A program made the translations under genes and the position numbers. From positions 1 to 60,403 of the forward strand of contig JBAXLB010000004.1 in the NCBI GenBank assembly GCA_037135035.1: a stretch of DNA of 60,403 bases. The letters are read 5' to 3'. The notes beneath the pieces are model-generated. The model saw nothing but the letters and a program-made list of their open reading frames with translations, did not search any database and had not been told where the DNA came from. Below, piece by piece: positions 9,634-18,816 of the stretch; position 1 is the stretch's first letter, and each line of letters starts with the position of its first letter. This DNA comes from Candidatus Adlerbacteria bacterium (GTDB lineage Bacteria > Patescibacteriota > Minisyncoccia > Phycocordibacterales > SBAW01).

Positions 9634-11985
9634 ATGCGAACTTTTCTATCTACCTCGTGGGCAAAAATTATTTTCAGTGTTGGTGTAGTTCTTTCTCTTG
9701 TATGTATTATCCCAGCAGTGTGGTTTCCTCTCCAGCTCGGTAAAATTACTCTTTTTAGTTTGTGTGCACTCGTTGGCGCGATACTTTTTTTTGTGAGCGG
9801 CGGCGTTGCGCGTATACACGGTAAACGGGGTGTGCTGCCCGCGTTACTTGTTGGGTTGCTTCCGGTCGCGTACGTGCTTTCGTACCTCTTTTCTACGGAC
9901 CGTGCTGTCGGGTTCCTTGGATACTCTATGGAAGGGGACACAGTCCTGTTTATCGTCCTTGGGTTTATAGCATTTATACTTTCGTCGTACCTGTTTCGAG
10001 AACTCGCTGCCGCTCGGATACTACTTGTTTCCGTTGTCTCATGTATATGCGCGGCCGTCGTCTTCCAGTGTGTACTTATTTTGCTTGGAACAAAAGGAAT
10101 ATCGTGGTCGGTTTTTTCGGGCGTATCCGTTAACCTTGTTGGTAAATGGAACGACCTCGGGCTTGCTGCTGGTCTCGCACTATGCGTGCTAGTCGTATGG
10201 CTCACGTGTGGTGAGCTTTCGCGCGTAAAGCGTCTTGGAGTTACATGCGCTGTCCTCGTGCTGACACTGTTCCTTGCAATCGTCCAATTTCCCCTCGTAT
10301 GGGCATTGTTAGTAGGCAGTTTTTTTGCGCTTGCACTGTGGATGTATGTCAACGCAACAAAAGTAGCAGACAATACAAACGCTACGCGTGTACGGGGTTT
10401 AAAGGTATTTCCGTGGTTGCCACTAGCGGCAGGGGTAGTAAGCGGTCTGTTTTTGCTCTGGGGCGTTATCTTCCAGGGTGGTTTTGCACAACTATTTTCT
10501 GCGTCGTCTCTGGAAGTTCGTCCGTCTCTTTCGTCAACGCTTGATGTGGTCCGGTCTGCGCACGGCACCTCCGTTACCCGTTTTTTGGTCGGCACAGGCC
10601 CTAACACTTTTAGCGACGCGTGGTTCCTGTACAAATCAGCGGAAGTAAGCAAGTCACAATTTTGGAATCTCGACTTTACGGTCGGCTTTAGCACGTTTAC
10701 AACGGCACTTGGTACTGTCGGTGTGTTGGGTGCGCTTGCATGGCTCATACCCCTGTTGCTTGTTGTGCTAGGGCTTGTCCGTGTGATGCGTTTGTCTAGC
10801 GTGTTTTCACTACGTGAAAAAATCTCCATCTTTTCTCTTGGGGTATCCAGCATATATGCATGGTGTAGCGTGCTCTTCTACGTCCCAAGCCAAAACATTG
10901 TGTTGCTTGCCTTCGTGCTTTCGGGTGCCGTATTTGGGTTGTCTATGAAAGAGGTTCCTGGTGGGGGCGATATGTCAAACCACCCATACGCGCATCTGTA
11001 TACACGACTTCTCCAAGGGATTTTTATTCTTTGTGTAGTGGTGTTGGTAGTCCTAAGCGGTGTATTGGTACGGCGTTTTATCGGCGAAGCATATGTAAAT
11101 AAAGGCTTATATGCGCTCTCTCAAAATAATGCCGACGACGCGCTCCTTGCCGCAGCACATGCACTAAAAATTGAAACAACAGCAGATGCGCTCCACGTGG
11201 GAGTTGTCGCGGGCTTGGCAAAAATGCAGCAACTAGTAAGCATCCAAGCTCCATCGCAAGATGTGCAGGCGCACTTTGTGTCACTGACGCAAGCAACTAT
11301 TACAGCCGGGCAGGAAGCAATTAGGCGCACTCCAGGCGACTATCGCACGTACTTTGCATTGGCACGCGTCTACGATGTGCTTGCGTCTATTGAGGTTTCG
11401 CAGGCGTATGAAAATGCAAAAGCATTGTACATGCAAGCCTATACCTACAACCCAACTAATCCAGAAATTCCGCTCGCAGTCGCACGCTTAGAGTCTGTCC
11501 ACGGCAACTCTGCGGCAGTGACCGCGGCTCTCACGCAGGCGTTGACACTCAAACCCGACTACACCGACGCTATTTTGTTTGTCGTACAGCTCAACGTTGT
11601 AAATAAAGATATTCCAAATGCTATTGTTGCAGCACGAGCGGCAGTGAACAGTGCGCCGGGAGTGCCTTCCATTTGGTTTGAACTAGGTCTTCTGTACTAC
11701 TCTGCAGGAAATATGAAAGATGCGGCGACAGCGCTTGCCCAAGCAGTAGTGCTTGCACCACAGTATGCAAATGCAAAATATTTCCTCGGCCTTGCATATG
11801 CTGCACTTGGACGCACGTCTGACGCAGTAGTCCAGTTTAAAGATCTGCAAGCTTCAAACCCCGACAATACCGAAGTTGCATTTATTCTTGGGAATTTAGA
11901 GTCTGGCAAGGCACCGTTTGATGGCGCTAAAGCTCCCGTGACGCCTACACCACAAAATCGAGCAACTGCACCTGTTTCGCAGTAG
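9634..11985 (+). CDS. O-antigen ligase/polymerase-like polytopic membrane protein with C-terminal TPR repeats
   Basis: ORF 9628..11985. About 12 TM helices are followed by TPR-like repeats (ALARVYD, LGLLYYSAGNMKDAATALAQAV.L.P.YANAKYFLGLAYAALGR). Confidence 0.65.
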   Translation: MRTFLSTSWAKIIFSVGVVLSLVCIIPAVWFPLQLGKITLFSLCALVGAILFFVSGGVARIHGKRGVLPALLVGLLPVAYVLSYLFSTDRAVGFLGYSMEGDTVLFIVLGFIAFILSSYLFRELAAARILLVSVVSCICAAVVFQCVLILLGTKGISWSVFSGVSVNLVGKWNDLGLAAGLALCVLVVWLTCGELSRVKRLGVTCAVLVLTLFLAIVQFPLVWALLVGSFFALALWMYVNATKVADNTNATRVRGLKVFPWLPLAAGVVSGLFLLWGVIFQGGFAQLFSASSLEVRPSLSSTLDVVRSAHGTSVTRFLVGTGPNTFSDAWFLYKSAEVSKSQFWNLDFTVGFSTFTTALGTVGVLGALAWLIPLLLVVLGLVRVMRLSSVFSLREKISIFSLGVSSIYAWCSVLFYVPSQNIVLLAFVLSGAVFGLSMKEVPGGGDMSNHPYAHLYTRLLQGIFILCVVVLVVLSGVLVRRFIGEAYVNKGLYALSQNNADDALLAAAHALKIETTADALHVGVVAGLAKMQQLVSIQAPSQDVQAHFVSLTQATITAGQEAIRRTPGDYRTYFALARVYDVLASIEVSQAYENAKALYMQAYTYNPTNPEIPLAVARLESVHGNSAAVTAALTQALTLKPDYTDAILFVVQLNVVNKDIPNAIVAARAAVNSAPGVPSIWFELGLLYYSAGNMKDAATALAQAVVLAPQYANAKYFLGLAYAALGRTSDAVVQFKDLQASNPDNTEVAFILGNLESGKAPFDGAKAPVTPTPQNRATAPVSQ

Positions 11986-11994
11986 AATACCCAC

Positions 11995-13668
11995 ATGGTC
12001 CGGTCACTGTTGTCTGCGTTCGGTAAAGAAGCTCGTGGTATGCACGAGGCGGCGTACCTGCTTGCCGCATTTGCGCTCGGCTCGCAGTTGCTAGCCCTTG
12101 TGCGTGACCGCCTGTTGGCTTCCAACTTTGGTGCGTCCCATACACTCGACCTCTACTACGCAGCATTCCGTATACCCGACTTTTTGTTTGCTACTATTGC
12201 GTCGCTGCTTTCTCTGTACGCGTTGCTTCCTGTGCTGACACGGTTGGAAAGCCGTCACCCAGGGTTGATGATCTCTTTTTTGAGGCAAATACTTTTGGTG
12301 TTTTTTGCAGGGATGGGACTTATTTCTTGTGTTGTGTATGTGTTGGCTCCGTGGCTCGTGCCACTCATAGCTCCTGGCATTGCGACACCAGAACTCGTGT
12401 TGCTGGTACGCGTTTTACTGCTGCAGCCGATACTCCTTGGTGCATCAAATATTTTAGCAGCACTCACACAACTGAGACATCGCTTTTTTCTGTATTCTAT
12501 TTCGCCGCTGCTGTATAACCTCGGGATTATTTTTGGCATCGTCGTGTTGTATCCCTCCATGGGCATTGTGGGGCTTGGATGGGGAGTAGTGCTTGGCGCG
12601 TGCATGCATTTCCTTATACAGCTACCGTTTTTTACAAGCGAAAAAAATACTGAAACAGTAGGCTTGCGTGAAATGTTTACTGAGCTTGCAAGTGTGTTGC
12701 GTCTGTCTGTCCCGCGGACTGCTGCGCTTGCGGCAGGGCAAATTTCGCTATTGTTGCTTGTTGCGCTCGCGTCATTTTTTGCCCCGGGCTCTATTGCGAT
12801 ATTTATGTTTGCCTACAACTTACAAGCAGTGCCACTTACTATCATAGGCGTGTCCTATTCGGTCGCGGCATTTCCAACACTCGCGCGTCTCCATGCACGG
12901 GGCGAACATGGCGAGTTTGTCCGCTATATAGAAACTGCGTTGCGACACATTTTCTTTTGGGCAATTCCTGCAAGTGTGCTGATAATTGTCTTGCGCGCCC
13001 AGCTGGTGCGTGTCATTTTAGGCGCAGGTGCATTTAGTTGGGATGCGACACGTCTTACGGCTGCAGCGTTGGCATTGTTTGTGCTTTCGCTTGCGGCGCA
13101 GTCGGTGACATTACTTATTGCGCGCGCATACTACGCGGCAGGCAATACAAAAAAACCGCTGTACTTTGCGGCTGTCGACATAGGTGTCTCGGTTGCGTCG
13201 GCATTTTGTTTTGTCGCGCTCTTCCATTGGAGCCCGTTTGCGCGCAATTTTATTGAGTTGCTGTTGCGCGTTGGCGACGTACCGGGCACTAGTGTGTTGA
13301 TGTTGGCACTTGGATATTGTTTTGGTTCAGTTGCGGAGTTCGCCCTAGGAATGTTCTTTTTTATACGAGACTTTTCTATCCCGCGCATGCGTATTTCAGC
13401 TTTGTTATTCCAGAGTTTTTCAGCATCTGTTATAGGCGGCGCGGCTGCCTACAGTGTGCTGGCATTTACCGGTACCGCAGGCACCATACATACCACACTA
13501 CTACTGGTCTTGCAGGGTACTGCTGCTGGGCTACTCGGGCTCCTGACAACTGCGGGCGTGTTGTGGTTGCTCAAAAATGAAGAACTTGCAGAAGCCACAC
13601 TCGCGTTCCAGAGGCGCTTCCGTGACACAAAGGGTGTGCCGCTTGAAACGACAGACATCTCGTCATAG
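11995..13668 (+). CDS. murJ: lipid II flippase MurJ (MviN)
   Basis: LGSQLLALVRDRLLASNFGAS..LD.YYAAFRIPDFLF and about 14 TM helices. Confidence 0.85.
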   Translation: MVRSLLSAFGKEARGMHEAAYLLAAFALGSQLLALVRDRLLASNFGASHTLDLYYAAFRIPDFLFATIASLLSLYALLPVLTRLESRHPGLMISFLRQILLVFFAGMGLISCVVYVLAPWLVPLIAPGIATPELVLLVRVLLLQPILLGASNILAALTQLRHRFFLYSISPLLYNLGIIFGIVVLYPSMGIVGLGWGVVLGACMHFLIQLPFFTSEKNTETVGLREMFTELASVLRLSVPRTAALAAGQISLLLLVALASFFAPGSIAIFMFAYNLQAVPLTIIGVSYSVAAFPTLARLHARGEHGEFVRYIETALRHIFFWAIPASVLIIVLRAQLVRVILGAGAFSWDATRLTAAALALFVLSLAAQSVTLLIARAYYAAGNTKKPLYFAAVDIGVSVASAFCFVALFHWSPFARNFIELLLRVGDVPGTSVLMLALGYCFGSVAEFALGMFFFIRDFSIPRMRISALLFQSFSASVIGGAAAYSVLAFTGTAGTIHTTLLLVLQGTAAGLLGLLTTAGVLWLLKNEELAEATLAFQRRFRDTKGVPLETTDISS

Positions 13669-13694
13669 TTCGTCCGAAATGCTAGACTCCTCTG

Positions 13695-15482
13695 ATGCAG
13701 CAGATTAGAAATTTTTCAATAATCGCCCACATAGACCACGGCAAGTCGACGCTTGCGGACCGCTTTTTAGAGCTGACCGGTACTATCGAAAAGCGTAAAA
13801 TGCGCGAACAAGTGCTCGACTCTATGGACCTCGAGCGCGAGCGCGGTATCACCATTAAGATGCAGCCGGTGCGTATGCGCTATACAAAAGACGGCACAGA
13901 GTATCTGTTGCACCTTATCGACACGCCCGGACATATCGACTTTTCGTACGAAGTGTCGCGCGCACTCACGGCGGTTGAGGGCGCTATATTGCTTGTCGAT
14001 GCAACTCAGGGTGTACAAGCCCAAACACTTACAACCCTTCGCACGGCGCAAGAATTAGGGTTGGTTATTGTGCCGGCAATTTCAAAAATAGATTCGCCAC
14101 TTGCAAACGTTGACGATGTTCGTATGCAAGTCGCGTTGTTGCTTAACGTTGACCCAGCATCTATTCTCACGTGCTCGGGAAGAACGGGGGAGGGTGTAGA
14201 TGACTTACTTAATGAAATCATCAAAAAAGTCCCGCCACCAAAACTATCTACAGAAAAATCACCTCGAGGCTTAGTTTTCGACTTTCAATATTCTGACCAC
14301 CAAGGCGTTATTGTCTACGTGCGCATGTTCGACGGCAAAATAAAAAAAGGCGACGTGCTCGAATTTTCTGCAACAGGGAGAAAGTTTACTGCGCTCGACG
14401 TGGGCACATTTTCTCCAACACCAATTTCACTCGCAGATGGCCTTGATGCAGGCTCAATTGGGTACGTTGTGACAGGCATTAAAGAGCCGGGGCTCGCGCG
14501 TGTGGGTGACACGGTACGCGAATATGGCTCCAAGGCCGCGCCACTTTCTGGCTATGCCGAACCTAGGGCCGTGGTGTGGGCATCAGTCTACCCAGAAAGC
14601 CAGGACGACTTTACGGCACTCCGCCAAGCACTTTCACGCCTGCGCCTCTCCGACTCGTCTTTGTCGTTTGAAGAAGAATCCTCGGGCATGCTTGGGCGTG
14701 GGTTCCGCTGCGGCTTGCTTGGTATGTTGCACTTGGAAATTGTTACCGAGCGCCTGCGCCGCGAGGCCAACCTTTCCTTGGTTGTCACTACGCCAACCAT
14801 TACGTATGAAGTCGAGACAAAAGACGGCAAGCGTCACACGGTCTATTCGCCGCCACAATTTCCCGAATTCGGCGACATCAAGGAAGTATGGGAGCCGTTT
14901 GTCTCTGCAGAAATTATTTTACCGCTCGACTACTTAGGCAACTTACTGCCTATGTTGTTTGAACACGAGGCCGCTGTCGAGTCGACAGAAACATTTTCGC
15001 AGGAGCGAGCCATTGTAAAAGTGGTGATGCCTCTGCGCGAGTTGATGCGGAACTTTTTCGACAAACTTAAAAGCATTTCCTCTGGCTACGCATCAATTTC
15101 CTACGAACTGCGCGAACTGCGCTTGGCCGACGTTGCGCGCCTAGATATTTACGTTGCCGACGAACTGGTTCCCGCATTTTCCCGCATTATTGCAAAACAC
15201 CGTGCCGACGAAGAGGCTATAGCGGCAGTTGAAAAGCTTTACAAAATTTTGCCGCGCCAACAGTTTGCTACCAAAATACAGGGGAGGGCACTCGGGCGTA
15301 TTATTTCGTCCCGCACGCTCTCGGCACTTTCCAAAGATGTTACTCAACATATGTACGGCGGTGACATTACCCGCAAAATGAAGCTCCGCGAAAAGCAGAA
15401 AAAGGGTAAGAAAAAAGCTCTCGCAAACGCCAAAGTAAACATCCCGAGCGACGTCTTTTTGAAGATGATCAAGAGCGAGTAG
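13695..15482 (+). CDS. lepA: elongation factor 4
   Basis: [25 protein letters not shown] and the LepA-specific C-terminal domain. Full length, 595 aa. Confidence 0.95.
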   Translation: MQQIRNFSIIAHIDHGKSTLADRFLELTGTIEKRKMREQVLDSMDLERERGITIKMQPVRMRYTKDGTEYLLHLIDTPGHIDFSYEVSRALTAVEGAILLVDATQGVQAQTLTTLRTAQELGLVIVPAISKIDSPLANVDDVRMQVALLLNVDPASILTCSGRTGEGVDDLLNEIIKKVPPPKLSTEKSPRGLVFDFQYSDHQGVIVYVRMFDGKIKKGDVLEFSATGRKFTALDVGTFSPTPISLADGLDAGSIGYVVTGIKEPGLARVGDTVREYGSKAAPLSGYAEPRAVVWASVYPESQDDFTALRQALSRLRLSDSSLSFEEESSGMLGRGFRCGLLGMLHLEIVTERLRREANLSLVVTTPTITYEVETKDGKRHTVYSPPQFPEFGDIKEVWEPFVSAEIILPLDYLGNLLPMLFEHEAAVESTETFSQERAIVKVVMPLRELMRNFFDKLKSISSGYASISYELRELRLADVARLDIYVADELVPAFSRIIAKHRADEEAIAAVEKLYKILPRQQFATKIQGRALGRIISSRTLSALSKDVTQHMYGGDITRKMKLREKQKKGKKKALANAKVNIPSDVFLKMIKSE

Positions 15483-15503
15483 TGTCCATGATATACTTTT
15501 AGC

Positions 15504-15776
15504 ATGGAAGAAAAGCTCGACCGACTGGAGAAAAATATGAACGATCTTATTGAGATTGTCGTATCTATTAAAGACCATATGGCAACGAAGCAAGAGTTAG
15601 CTGAAGTCGAAGAAAGGCTCACTGCTAAGATGGCAACCAACATAGAACTTACAGAGTTAGAAGAAAGGTTGAGTGGAAAAATAGAAGGTGTGCAGCGCTC
15701 GGTAGACGGCGCATACGAACGCCAGAGTGCGCTCGAAGCACGCGTCTCAAAAGTCGAAGCAGAGCTGCATATATAA
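15504..15776 (+). CDS. coiled-coil hypothetical protein
   Basis: 90 aa with heptad-like repeats (ELAEVEERLTAKM / ELTELEERLSGKI). Confidence 0.5.
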   Translation: MEEKLDRLEKNMNDLIEIVVSIKDHMATKQELAEVEERLTAKMATNIELTELEERLSGKIEGVQRSVDGAYERQSALEARVSKVEAELHI

Positions 15777-15834
15777 AAACAATAAACCCCTGCTCCAAAA
15801 GAGCTTGTGAGTTAGAGATTTTAGGAGATTTTTA

Positions 15835-15939
15835 CTACACCAGCAGGGAGAAGTACGACAAAATCATACTGACGATAACAATGCCGCCCAAGACACCGCT
15901 CCAGATCTGCATGTTGCGCTTCCTGTTTTTTCCAAACAT
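15835..15939 (-). CDS. possible 34-aa single-TM micro-protein
   Basis: Below the ORF-track cutoff: MFGKNRKRNMQIWSGVLGGIVIVSMILSYFSLLV. No clear RBS. Confidence 0.2.
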   Translation of the reverse strand: MFGKNRKRNMQIWSGVLGGIVIVSMILSYFSLLV

Positions 15940-15960
15940 ATAACTGCTAGAATAGCATAT

Positions 15961-16353
15961 ATGCGAGAGTTCAAAAAGCGCCGGAGCAGCCGGGGAGAAG
16001 TGTTGTATTTTTGCTACCGTCTTGGCGGCACGTTGGTACTCCTACTTATAACCGTGGTTGCTGTGCGTGCGGCGTGGGGCATGTATGGGAGGCTTGGGGC
16101 CGCCTCGGCAGGTCAACAAGAGGCAGAGGCGCAACTGCAGGCGCTCCAGGCCCAGCAACGGCAGATTACGGCATCTGTGGGGGAGTTGTATTCCGACCGT
16201 GGGGTCGAGGCGTTGATGCGCGAACATTTTGGTGTTGTTCGGCCAGGCGAGGGGGTTGTACAAATAGTCCACGAAACAGCAACAACTACTACTGGGGAGA
16301 CTGCGCCTAAGGGGTGGTTTAAGCAGCTATTTCACACACTGTTTTCGTGGTAA
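15961..16353 (+). CDS. septum formation initiator (FtsB/DivIC family)
   Basis: N-terminal TM helix and a coiled coil (EAEAQLQALQAQQRQI). The C-terminal ALMREHFGVVRPGEGVVQI is typical of the family. Confidence 0.65.
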   Translation: MREFKKRRSSRGEVLYFCYRLGGTLVLLLITVVAVRAAWGMYGRLGAASAGQQEAEAQLQALQAQQRQITASVGELYSDRGVEALMREHFGVVRPGEGVVQIVHETATTTTGETAPKGWFKQLFHTLFSW

Positions 16354-16355
16354 TG

Positions 16356-16374
16356 GTGCGAGTGGGGAGAATCG
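16356..16374 (-). repeat. 19-nt direct copy of the tRNA-Gly 3' end (T-loop/acceptor), continuing into an encoded CCA
   Basis: GTGCGAGTGGGGAGAATCG at 16356-16374 is identical to 16481-16499. On the minus strand the copy reads CGATTCTCCCCACTCGC-A-CCA. Confidence 0.85.
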
Positions 16375-16481
16375 GCCACAACTCCTTCGGGTCGCGGCCC
16401 CGCCTCATAGCCGCAAGCGGCATATTCCGGCCTTCGATTCTCCCACAAGTCTTGCATCGGCAAGACTCTACTCTTACGTTG

Positions 16482-16552
16482 TGCGAGTGGGGAGAATCGA
16501 ACTCCCGCCCGATGCTTGGGAAGCACCAGTTCTGCCACTAAACTACACTCGC
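16482..16552 (-). tRNA. tRNA-Gly (CCC)
   Basis: Hand-folded cloverleaf: acceptor GCGAGTG/CACTCGC, anticodon stem GGTGC/GCATC, loop TTCCCAA, T arm GGGAG-TTCGATT-CTCCC. No encoded CCA. Confidence 0.85.
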
Positions 16553-16612
16553 ATATTTTCTCTATCCAAACATGGTATACTGCTCGTATCTTACTAGCAA
16601 ATTTATAGAGAT

Positions 16613-16855
16613 ATGCAAAAAACTGTCACTATTTACACCACGCCGACTTGCCATTTTTGCAAATTAGCAAAGGAATTTTTTGCTGAAAAAAATGTTCAAT
16701 ACACCGCATACGATGTTTCGACCGATGCCGCTAAGCGCGAAGAAATGATACAGATGACAGGACAGCTTGGTGTCCCAGTTATCGACATCAATGGTGACCT
16801 TATGGTCGGCTTTGATCGCGAAAAAATTGCCGCAAAGCTTGGGATCGAAGCGTAG
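16613..16855 (+). CDS. glutaredoxin-like protein (NrdH/YruB type)
   Basis: 80 aa. Has the CHFC active site (TTPTCHFCKLAKEFF) and GVPVI. Confidence 0.8.
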   Translation: MQKTVTIYTTPTCHFCKLAKEFFAEKNVQYTAYDVSTDAAKREEMIQMTGQLGVPVIDINGDLMVGFDREKIAAKLGIEA

Positions 16856-16912
16856 CAAAAAAATAAAATATATCGCATACTCAAACTGGCCCTGAAGGCC
16901 AGTTTTGTATTA

Positions 16913-16984
16913 GCCCCCGTAGTTCAATGGATAGAACAGCCCCGTCCTAAGGGGTAGATGCTGGTTCGATTCCGGCCAGGGGCA
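16913..16984 (+). tRNA. tRNA-Arg (CCT)
   Basis: GCCCCCGTAGTTCAATGGATAGAAC..; anticodon loop GTCCTAA; T arm GCTGG-TTCGATT-CCGGC. One C-A mismatch in the acceptor stem. Confidence 0.8.
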
Positions 16985-17043
16985 CAAAATATCTGCGATT
17001 GTGTGGTCTTCCTGAATAACTTTAAATCTGGTATATTCATGGT

Positions 17044-17325
17044 GTGGACGAGGACATTGAAGAGCTTAAAGAACTTGTAAAAAAGAACCTCCAAATGACG
17101 GAGGATACACACCGTATAGTACGGGGCATGCGCAGCAGTGCACGGTGGGGAAGATTCTTTTCTATAGTGTGGTGGCTTGTAGTGCTTGCAGTGTCGGGCG
17201 CTACGTACTATATCTATGTCCAGCCGTATGTGCAGCAGGTAGAAAACGCATATACAAACGGGAAAAATTTTGAAACACAGGTACAAGATTTCTTTAAAAA
17301 CTTCGGTCAAAAGTTCACACAGTAG
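17044..17325 (+). CDS. small single-TM hypothetical protein
   Basis: GTG start. An amphipathic N-terminus is followed by a TM helix (FFSIVWWLVVLAVSGATYYIYV). Confidence 0.45.
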   Translation: MDEDIEELKELVKKNLQMTEDTHRIVRGMRSSARWGRFFSIVWWLVVLAVSGATYYIYVQPYVQQVENAYTNGKNFETQVQDFFKNFGQKFTQ

Positions 17326-17330
17326 GTAAT

Positions 17331-17403
17331 GCCTGGGTAGCTCAGTTGGTAGAGCATTTCCCTGAAGAGGAAGGGGTCGCCGGTTCGATCCCGGCCCCAG
17401 GCA
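17331..17403 (+). tRNA. tRNA-Phe (GAA)
   Basis: GCCTGGGTAGCTCAGTTGGTAGAGC; anticodon loop CTGAAGA; T arm GCCGG-TTCGATC-CCGGC. Confidence 0.9.
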
Positions 17404-17413
17404 CAGACAAGGT

Positions 17414-17441
17414 AAAAAATCTGCCCAGTGGCAGATTTTTT
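17414..17441. terminator. bidirectional terminator after tRNA-Phe
   Basis: AAAAA-ATCTGCC-CAGT-GGCAGAT-TTTTT. Confidence 0.7.
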
Positions 17442-17552
17442 GCTTGGATGTGAGGCGGAGCGATGTTTTGCATTTGCAAAACCGTGAGCCGGGGTCGAGG
17501 GCGAATTTTCTGACGAGAAAATTTGACTCGTGACCCAAATAATCCGCAAAGT

Positions 17553-18050
17553 TTAGTTCGACTTAATTTTGAGTTTTGCTTGGCGGCCCTTGTCGAGTTT
17601 CGGCAGGCGGATAGTTAGAAGCCCGTGTTTTTCGCTTGCCTCAGCTTCTTCAATTTCTATTTCTTGCGGCAGTACTATTGTGCGTGAAAATGCTCCCCAG
17701 TACAGCTCAGAGAAGAAAAAGTCGCCTGCAGTACCTTCGGTATGTCTCTCGCGTTTACCGCGGAGTGTAACCATGTCGCGAGTAATTGAGACATCTAAGT
17801 CCTCTGGTCGGACACCGGCTATCATAGCTTTGATTATTATGTGCGTGGGAGTTTGATACACGTCGACGGCAAGTTCGCCTTCGGCAGGTTCTTCTTCAGC
17901 GATAACGTTTACCTGATGCTGTGCGGAGCTTGGCATTTTGGATGGATATCCTCCCGTGCCCCCGCTTTCGAGATCTTCAAACGAATAGTCGCTTTCGGCT
18001 GCCGAGCCACCGGTGAGCCATTCAAATAAAGATCGTTTTTCTTTTGCCAT
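17553..18050 (-). CDS. Hsp20/alpha-crystallin small heat-shock protein
   Basis: LAVDVYQT....I.A...GV..EDLDVSI....LTLRG.R......F..SE..WG.F.R...LP......A.A....GLL.I.LPK. Confidence 0.85.
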   Translation of the reverse strand: MAKEKRSLFEWLTGGSAAESDYSFEDLESGGTGGYPSKMPSSAQHQVNVIAEEEPAEGELAVDVYQTPTHIIIKAMIAGVRPEDLDVSITRDMVTLRGKRERHTEGTAGDFFFSELYWGAFSRTIVLPQEIEIEEAEASEKHGLLTIRLPKLDKGRQAKLKIKSN

Positions 18051-18079
18051 AATCTAATGAGTGAGAAGTAAAATATTTT

Positions 18080-18766
18080 TTAGCAGTAGTCTTTTGTGGG
18101 TTGTTTTACCCGCTCTATCATCAGCAGCGCTGCGATAATACCAAACCAAATACAAAGGAAAATCCAGAATGTTGCACTGCTTCCTTGTTGAAGTATAAAA
18201 AAATTAAACAGTGTGTGCAAGGTAATGGCGAGGACAACTCCAACAAGTGCAAACATTCGTCGCACATCAACCTCTTTATGGAACGACCACGCGAGCGCAA
18301 GACCTATTGTGGCCGACGCAAGTGTATGCAAAAGTGTTGCTCCCATAAAACGGAGGTCGCCTGTCACAATGGTACGCAGCAAGTCGCCTTGCTGAAGAGG
18401 AGTCCACAAAAATAATGCGTTTTCCAGTGCGGAAAACCCAAGTGCTGCAGTGACCAGGTATATAACTGCGTCGAGTGGCTCATCAAATACGCGGAAGCGC
18501 AGTGCGGCAATATAGGCGGCCGCAAATTTGAGCAGTTCTTCAAACACTGCCCAACAAAACAGCAGTGCCCCACCCGAAAGGTAGCCTGCAGCGGTACGCT
18601 CGGCCGGCAAGGCTAAGAGCACCGCAACCATACCTGCAAGAAAGCAGAAAAATATATAGCGCTTTGGCTCCGGTTCGCAGCGGTCTTCGAGTAGCCAAAA
18701 AAACAACCAGACGAGCGCCGGCAACATCCCACCTAAAAATGCAAGAAGCAATATACCTGCGTTCAT
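18080..18766 (-). CDS. PrsW-family intramembrane metalloprotease
   Basis: Polytopic. Carries the EPEPK, EELLKF and HTLFN motifs typical of PrsW. Confidence 0.75.
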   Translation of the reverse strand: MNAGILLLAFLGGMLPALVWLFFWLLEDRCEPEPKRYIFFCFLAGMVAVLLALPAERTAAGYLSGGALLFCWAVFEELLKFAAAYIAALRFRVFDEPLDAVIYLVTAALGFSALENALFLWTPLQQGDLLRTIVTGDLRFMGATLLHTLASATIGLALAWSFHKEVDVRRMFALVGVVLAITLHTLFNFFILQQGSSATFWIFLCIWFGIIAALLMIERVKQPTKDYC

Positions 18767-18816
18767 TACTTGCTAGTATATCACCGAGATTTATTTACTT
18801 GGCCCTCGGCCGTAGC

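Noticed and set aside
9495-10853. 452-aa minus-strand ORF
   Set aside because: It is antisense to the polytopic O-antigen-ligase-like gene and overlaps the RNase P RNA 3' end. Its Arg/Ser/Thr/Pro-rich composition is typical of a shadow ORF in GC-richer DNA.
16354-16480. Possible tmRNA, SRP RNA or second tRNA, considered because of the T-arm-like sequence ending in ACCA
   Set aside because: There is no complementary 5' acceptor strand (GCGAGTG) and no GGGG 5' end. There is no tag-peptide reading frame ending in a stop, and no GGAA/AGCAGC helix-8 motif. At about 125 nt it is too short for tmRNA. It is better explained as a duplicated tRNA-Gly 3' fragment plus spacer.
17504-17523. Hairpin AATTTTCT-GACG-AGAAAATT, considered as a third member of a GACG-loop hairpin family along with 45742-45767 and 50488-50509
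   Set aside because: The loop orientation relative to the adjacent gene is opposite to the two tRNA-trailer hairpins. A/T-rich stems with 4-nt loops are expected for ordinary terminators, so the evidence for a repeat family is insufficient.
16924-17538. 204-aa minus-strand ORF (and 17307..17549)
   Set aside because: It runs through tRNA-Arg, the 17044..17325 gene, tRNA-Phe and a terminator hairpin, so it is a shadow frame.
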